The notes below the pieces were generated by a model. It searched no databases, was not told where the DNA came from, and worked only from the letters and a program-made list of their open reading frames with translations. Position numbers and translations under genes: made by a program. Of a DNA stretch of 64,000 nucleotides, positions 58,356-64,000 are shown piece after piece; within the stretch, counting starts at the first letter, position 1; every line of letters starts with the position of its first letter. The DNA is from a virus (lineage: Duplodnaviria; Caudoviricetes): the IMG/VR virus record IMGVR_UViG_3300028591_000084; one strand, written 5' to 3'.

Positions 58356-59406
58356 TAGTTATATAAATGGTAATTATATTGTAACGTTTGATAGGAGTGG
58401 GACAAGGTTTAGAAGAGCTTTGAGAGTAGGTGAAAATTTTAATCCTATTTTTCCAGACTCTATAGATCTTAAAGTTAGTAATATTTGTGACATAGGTTGT
58501 CCATTCTGTCATGAAAATTCTGTTCCTACAGGTAAAACTTGTTCTTGGGAAAATTTAGAACAAGTACTTTCTCCGATTAAGGATTATCCAATTGAGATAG
58601 CCATAGGAGGTGGAGATCTTACTATGATTGTTCCTCAGGTTCTTGATTTTGGAAGTTGGTGTTCAATGAATACCCGGTTTCAGCTAAGAATAACTATAAA
58701 TTCTAAGAGTATAATTAAGAGGCCTGGAGAAAAATCTGAAATTGTGTTTAATAGGCATAGTACTAGTCATAAGGATAGGTATACAAGAAATGTGGGTTCT
58801 GGATCTGCCGCATTACTCAGCGAACGTCATTATTTTCAAGCTATCGGTATTAGTATTTCCTCTTTTGATGATCTTCATAATTTGATAAGTAATGACGGGG
58901 AAGAGGGGTCATTACTATATAGGCTTGGTGGAGAGGTGAATCAAGTTGTTTGGCATATCGTGATTGGTGTAATGCCAGTATCAGATTTTGCTAGGATCTT
59001 AAAAGAATACACAAATAATTCTGACATTTACTTCGGATTTAGTAGACTTCGATTTCTTATTCTAGGGTTTAAACAATATGGTAGAGCCTCTAATGTTAAA
59101 GAAATAAATGAATTAGACGAATGGAGATCTATAGTCAAACAAACTCTATGGACAGCCCGTCATGTATATTCTATGGAGAGACTCAAGTGTATTTTTGCTT
59201 TTGATAATCTCGCCATAGAACAATTGGGAATAAAAGAGTCATTGTCAGTAACAGAGTGGTCAGAATTATACCTAGGAGATGAATTTTCTTCTTCAATGTA
59301 TATTAATGCTGTTGATGGATATTTCGGTCATAATAGCAGATCTAAAGAGGGTATTAGGTCTTGGGATGAAATAAGTATTTTAGATTATTTTAAAGATCAT
59401 GCCTAA
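58348..59406 (+). CDS. radical SAM protein
   Basis: CDIGCPFCHE, EIAIGGG, FDNLAIEQL. Confidence 0.88.
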   Translation: MSSSYINGNYIVTFDRSGTRFRRALRVGENFNPIFPDSIDLKVSNICDIGCPFCHENSVPTGKTCSWENLEQVLSPIKDYPIEIAIGGGDLTMIVPQVLDFGSWCSMNTRFQLRITINSKSIIKRPGEKSEIVFNRHSTSHKDRYTRNVGSGSAALLSERHYFQAIGISISSFDDLHNLISNDGEEGSLLYRLGGEVNQVVWHIVIGVMPVSDFARILKEYTNNSDIYFGFSRLRFLILGFKQYGRASNVKEINELDEWRSIVKQTLWTARHVYSMERLKCIFAFDNLAIEQLGIKESLSVTEWSELYLGDEFSSSMYINAVDGYFGHNSRSKEGIRSWDEISILDYFKDHA

Positions 59407-59974
59407 GATTTATATAGTTAGTAAGGAGGCTTATTATAAAGTATTGGGAGAGGACATATATAAAGATTATGTTCCAACACAGGTTATAGTTGATTTTCCA
59501 AGCGATAAGCTCCCCTTTATTAAAAGTTTGGATACTTATCCTTATTTTGTTACTGAGGATTTTATATCACTAGCTTACCTTCCTAGTGACTGTTATGATA
59601 TTGATCGATATTTTGTTCCTAGGAAGTTCGCAGATAGAAATATAGCCCCTAGGTATGAAATCTCGTTAGATAATTGGAAAATTACTCCTATTAACGACCC
59701 TGATCCTTATATATTGAATGAGTATTATAAGTCTGATCTTTATTATGGTGAGAAGTTTTCAATAAAGGAATCAGGATACTTAGTAGAGGATATAGTTAAT
59801 GGTTGGAGTGAGAAAGTATTTGTTCATGAAGATAAAGAATACTTTAGCAGCTATTATATTTGTTATCCTTATAAAACTGTTTGTAGAAGAGACAGTACTT
59901 TATTTGCTGAGAGAGAGGAGTTATTTAAATTTGTAATGGTAAATTTATTAGGTAGTGAAAAAAGCAAAAATTAG
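59399..59974 (+). CDS. hypothetical protein
   Basis: 191 aa ORF. Confidence 0.6.
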   Translation: MPKIYIVSKEAYYKVLGEDIYKDYVPTQVIVDFPSDKLPFIKSLDTYPYFVTEDFISLAYLPSDCYDIDRYFVPRKFADRNIAPRYEISLDNWKITPINDPDPYILNEYYKSDLYYGEKFSIKESGYLVEDIVNGWSEKVFVHEDKEYFSSYYICYPYKTVCRRDSTLFAEREELFKFVMVNLLGSEKSKN

Positions 59975-60374
59975 AGAGATTATTCGAGATGTAAACCAGA
60001 GCTTAATTCATTATAAGAGAGGTGGTTGCATCGACTGTAGAAGAACTCCTAATTCCTCTATCAATATGGTCAACACAATAGAAGAGTATGTTGATGCTAG
60101 ATTTAATAGAGAGTGTTGGGAGGTTCCAGAGTTAAGAGAGGCTTGTGATCTGTTAGAAGGTCATCTGTTTATCTGTACTTTGGAAGGTGTTGATGAGGTC
60201 CGGAAAAGATATAAGACGGCTACTCTTAAATTAGTTAGTCCTACTGACATTCTGGATCCTACTCCAGAGCTTGAAAATCTACTTAAAGAAGTTAAAATCT
60301 TTCTTGGTGGAAATAAAATTAAATTTAATGGTTTAAAGTATAAAGTAAAATTTGAAATCCTTTTCGAAGAATGA
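59955..60374 (+). CDS. hypothetical protein
   Basis: 139 aa ORF. Confidence 0.6.
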   Translation: MKKAKIREIIRDVNQSLIHYKRGGCIDCRRTPNSSINMVNTIEEYVDARFNRECWEVPELREACDLLEGHLFICTLEGVDEVRKRYKTATLKLVSPTDILDPTPELENLLKEVKIFLGGNKIKFNGLKYKVKFEILFEE

Positions 60375-61858
60375 GTTGGAGATTAGTTTGTGATATTGAT
60401 GCCTATATTGGTGATGATAATACAGTAGTTTTCGCACCAACAGTAGAGACAAAGAGAGTATTATCGAAGTATATTAAACATATTTCAGGACATACAAAGA
60501 AAGTTATTCTAGAGGATCCTCAGTTTAGTTTATCTATTACAGACGATTTAAAGATTCTCTGTAAGTCTGACGAGCTGCCTGAATGGTGTACTGTAAAGAA
60601 TTTTGCTGACTCTACTGTAGGAAGAATTATTAGTCAGAACTTAATCTCTAAGACTCAAGGCCAGTTTGATAGCCAAGAGTTTGAGATTATAATTAATAAT
60701 GATGAGGGCTTCGTTAGCTTTGTTACAAGTGAAATGAAAGAATATGATGATTGTTACGATGAAATGAATCGTCAACTCTATTTTTCTATTGGAAAGAAAG
60801 TAAAGAAGCTGATTGTAGGTCATAAGTATTATAGTTCTGAGGATTCGTTTTATTATCTAGGAACTTTTCTTAGCAGAAAAACCGGAGGAGATGTTATATC
60901 TGATTTTGAAACAAATGTAGATAGTCTTCAGAAAGTATATCTGATTTACAAAGGTGTAGCCCCCAGAGATGGTTCAGGAAAGATCAGTGATATTCTTAAG
61001 TCTAACTATCCATCCGCCCTTGGTAATTTAAGACTTGTTTTTAAACTTGGTAGCGTTGTAGATGGTGGAAAGGGACTTATTGATGATGTTCCTGATATTA
61101 GACCTTATTTTGAGTGTATTATTCAGAATGCCTTAGGACAACCTGGAGTTAACCCTCTTGAAATTTTATCAATCTGGAAAAAAGATTGGGAAGCTAAGTT
61201 GTCAGAAGATATAGTTGAACTGATTCTTAAGTATTACAAGGATCTCTGTGTTAGTACTTTAATTAGTGAATGGGATGTTGTAAAGTCTAATATGATTTCT
61301 AAAGCTAATACAGAGAAAGATAATCTTAATAATCTCCAGTCAAAGACCTGTGCACTCATTGATACTAATAATGTTTGGTCAGGACCTTTCTATCAAAACC
61401 TATTTCAGTATTTTGGGATCGATATACAGGCGATTACATCACAAGTCTTAAAGACAATTGAAAATCCTATTAACTATGTTTTTAGTAGTTGGGAAACCTA
61501 TTCTAAGTACTATGAGATTTTCTTTGCTAATCATTTTGTAGTTAATAATAGAGACTTGGATCAAACTGTAAAAAAGTCAAATAAGATCCAGCCAATTACT
61601 GAATTATTGGGAGAAGGGCCTTTATCGGAGGCAATTAAATTCCTACTAGATGAGGCAAGAGAAAATAAAGTAATTTTATCATCTTTTGTCTTTTTACCTA
61701 AAGCTGAGGGAGATGGTTATTTTATTAGAGCCAGAGTAACCTTAGCTGACATCATTAATAATATCAACTTGACGGATGATCTCAAGAAGGATATTATTAA
61801 GAAGAAGTTTAATTACATTAACGTCAGTTTTGACGAGAATGCAGAAATCATTTTATGA
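60371..61858 (+). CDS. hypothetical protein
   Basis: 495 aa ORF. Confidence 0.7.
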   Translation: MSWRLVCDIDAYIGDDNTVVFAPTVETKRVLSKYIKHISGHTKKVILEDPQFSLSITDDLKILCKSDELPEWCTVKNFADSTVGRIISQNLISKTQGQFDSQEFEIIINNDEGFVSFVTSEMKEYDDCYDEMNRQLYFSIGKKVKKLIVGHKYYSSEDSFYYLGTFLSRKTGGDVISDFETNVDSLQKVYLIYKGVAPRDGSGKISDILKSNYPSALGNLRLVFKLGSVVDGGKGLIDDVPDIRPYFECIIQNALGQPGVNPLEILSIWKKDWEAKLSEDIVELILKYYKDLCVSTLISEWDVVKSNMISKANTEKDNLNNLQSKTCALIDTNNVWSGPFYQNLFQYFGIDIQAITSQVLKTIENPINYVFSSWETYSKYYEIFFANHFVVNNRDLDQTVKKSNKIQPITELLGEGPLSEAIKFLLDEARENKVILSSFVFLPKAEGDGYFIRARVTLADIINNINLTDDLKKDIIKKKFNYINVSFDENAEIIL

Positions 61859-62142
61859 AACAAGAAAATATAAAATGTGATGGTGAAGTAGTACAAGAAC
61901 TAGGTAATTCTATGTTTAATGTGATGTTAGACTTAAAGGGAGAAGATCATACTGTTATCTGTACTATATCTGGTAAGATTCGTAAAAATTTTATCAGAAT
62001 TATGACAGGTGATAAAGTTACTATTGAAATGAGTCCCTATGATCTAACGAGAGGACGTATTGTTTTTAGATATCCTCCTATTGCTTCACGACAGGTAGAT
62101 TCAGAGTTAATTAATAATAAGTCTAACAAAAAGAAAAAGTAA
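61855..62142 (+). CDS. infA: translation initiation factor IF-1
   Basis: ISGKIRKNFIRIMTGDKVTIEMSPYDLTRGRIVFR. Confidence 0.95.
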   Translation: MKQENIKCDGEVVQELGNSMFNVMLDLKGEDHTVICTISGKIRKNFIRIMTGDKVTIEMSPYDLTRGRIVFRYPPIASRQVDSELINNKSNKKKK

Positions 62143-62145
62143 GTA

Positions 62146-62844
62146 ATGAAAAGACCTAAAATTTCAGATACTCCTATTGGAAAGTTGTATCCATTTTACT
62201 TAGAGAACAAAGTGCTTAGAGATCATTATCTCTATCAAGTAGTAACCCCAGAAATGCTCCCAGATTATACACCACTCCTAACTTTGGTGAAGATTTCTGA
62301 GAGAGTTCATCCCAATGAAAAGCTGCAGGCAACCAAAAATAATATGTACCATGGTGATTTGCTTGCTATGATGATGCGTGGATCAAGAAAGGATCTCAGC
62401 AAGAAGGCAGCAGCTTTCATTGAGAAGTCCTTTAGTGGAAAGATGGGTTCTCACATCTACGAGTCTAGTGAAAAAGCTCCCGCTGTTTTTGAGAATGGTA
62501 CTGATTTTCCTCTTTACGAGATGGACCCTTTTGGCACCAGACTAATCGTTTGCGGTATTCGTGATTTGATTAGAAAGACAAAGTATCAGATTCGTGATGG
62601 TGCTTTGATTGATATTTTGTTAACTCAAGATACTTTTGGTGTTTTCAAGATTGTCGGAGTAGGGGAAGGAGTAAAACTTCAGATCCAGGGTGTTTATAAT
62701 ATGGCAGATATTGCTAGACAAAACCCCCTTAATCTGGATCTTTCAAAAGTAGTCAATTACCCCAAGAAGACTTTTACTGGAGAGACTAAGAATTATGATC
62801 TCTTTCGTGCTATTAGATCTTGTGAGTGGCGATCTTTTGAATAA
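62146..62844 (+). CDS. hypothetical protein
   Basis: 232 aa ORF. Confidence 0.7.
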   Translation: MKRPKISDTPIGKLYPFYLENKVLRDHYLYQVVTPEMLPDYTPLLTLVKISERVHPNEKLQATKNNMYHGDLLAMMMRGSRKDLSKKAAAFIEKSFSGKMGSHIYESSEKAPAVFENGTDFPLYEMDPFGTRLIVCGIRDLIRKTKYQIRDGALIDILLTQDTFGVFKIVGVGEGVKLQIQGVYNMADIARQNPLNLDLSKVVNYPKKTFTGETKNYDLFRAIRSCEWRSFE

Positions 62845-62895
62845 CCTAAATCAAACGGGGATTGGTGATGAGCCTTTCCCCTCTTTTTTAATTTT

Positions 62896-63321
62896 ATGAT
62901 GCAGGAATATTTTTCAGGGAAAAAGAAAATATTAAAGTCCCTATATCTTCTTTATTTTTTGATATGCGGGACTTTCTCTTACTTTATATTTCTTAAGACG
63001 GGTTTTAGTATATTATTAGGTTTGGTATGCCTTTGCTCTATTGTAGGGTTTGTAGTATTTCACGATCTTTTAGTATTGTGGATCTTTAAGCAGTCTGTAA
63101 TAGTAGCAACACAAACCTTACTGAATGAGATAAGAAAATATATAAGAGATAATATTATTCTAGATTGTTTAGAAAAAGAAGATATATCAGGAATTCGTTA
63201 TGGTGAATTAAGAGATAAGATTGAACTAATTTTTGATAGCATTGAAACCCCTGAATTAAAGGAGTTTGCCGATCTCTTGGCTGATAGAAAGAGGTTTATT
63301 CGGGAAAAAGAAAAGAAATAA
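62896..63321 (+). CDS. membrane protein
   Basis: Two TM helices. Confidence 0.6.
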   Translation: MMQEYFSGKKKILKSLYLLYFLICGTFSYFIFLKTGFSILLGLVCLCSIVGFVVFHDLLVLWIFKQSVIVATQTLLNEIRKYIRDNIILDCLEKEDISGIRYGELRDKIELIFDSIETPELKEFADLLADRKRFIREKEKK

Positions 63322-63350
63322 GGAGCCGTTAAAAGCTCCTTTTATTTTTT

Positions 63351-63860
63351 TTATTTAACAAGTCTAAGAAATAGTCCGGTTAATTCTTCTATTTCTTGTC
63401 GATTGTAAGTCTCGTTTTCATCCTTGAACTTTAAATCTACAAAGTAAGCAGCAAAATCTAGATAATTGCTGTGAGAATTTGAAGTTTCTTTTAGGATTAA
63501 TTCTTCAGATTCCTTGAGAAAATCTTTCACTATTATTATTTTACTAAATAAAGGATATGCATTATTATTACATAATAACTTTCTTATAAAATTTGAAGTA
63601 AGATATTTCTCATTAAACATAGAATCTTTCCCTACTAATTTCTGCTTATTTTTAAAACATATATAGGCAGGCCCGTATTCATCATAGAACTTTGTATTAT
63701 ATAGTCCTGAAGATCCTATCAGTTTCTGATTAAAATCAAAATGAGGGTCAGTGTAAAATTTTTCTATTTTTACTTTAGATAGTACTGGAATATAAATTGA
63801 ATGTGAAATCGCCTTATATGCACCTTTATCAATCTTAGTAACTATGACTATACATTTCAT
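63351..63860 (-). CDS. hypothetical protein
   Basis: 169 aa ORF; convergent terminator 63320-63350. Confidence 0.6.
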   Translation of the reverse strand: MKCIVIVTKIDKGAYKAISHSIYIPVLSKVKIEKFYTDPHFDFNQKLIGSSGLYNTKFYDEYGPAYICFKNKQKLVGKDSMFNEKYLTSNFIRKLLCNNNAYPLFSKIIIVKDFLKESEELILKETSNSHSNYLDFAAYFVDLKFKDENETYNRQEIEELTGLFLRLVK

Positions 63861-64000
63861 TCTTTAATACTTTCAATTATATCAATTTTGATATTACTAT
63901 TACTTAGATTTTTCATTTCCTGCCTACTGCAAGTGCCTTTATATCCTTTAAATTTTAAATCTACAGTATAAGTATAAAAGATTTGAAATCTTTGACAGCC
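63857..64000 (-). CDS. partial hypothetical CDS (3' end)
   Basis: Open frame ending ...IDIIESIKE* with ATGA overlap. Confidence 0.4.
   Translation of the reverse strand, partial: GCQRFQIFYTYTVDLKFKGYKGTCSRQEMKNLSNSNIKIDIIESIKE

Overview
AT-rich segment of a large (jumbo-type) dsDNA bacteriophage genome, standard genetic code. The host is probably Bacteroidota: start codons have A-rich leaders without Shine-Dalgarno and the CCA enzyme is Bacteroidota-like (inference). 1-27.7 kb is mostly + strand accessory genes in promoter/terminator cassettes: DHH phosphoesterase, CCA-adding enzyme, Tpt1/KptA, AAA+/M41 protease, endonuclease V, M42 peptidase, radical SAM and an intron-split tRNA-Arg. 27.7-46.3 kb is a - strand core block: fused Mre11-Rad50, FEN-like nuclease, SSB-like protein, 2H phosphoesterase, tRNA-Gln and a multisubunit RNA polymerase whose beta' and beta genes are split by three group I introns (splice sites resolved from P1/P10 pairing). 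46.8-64 kb holds a second SF2-helicase-like paralogue, GMP reductase, intein-containing DnaB, RusA-like resolvase, radical SAM and IF-1. The non-coding DNA is unusually rich. It includes an array of promoter-variable segment-hairpin small RNA units, some antisense to start-codon regions; a ~620 nt multi-pseudoknot RNA; a hammerhead ribozyme; a 7-nt periodic AAAG RNA after a DIP1984-like gene; a duplicated leader RNA motif; and covarying palindromes tied to the helicase paralogues. All calls come from reading motifs by eye; no database searches were run.
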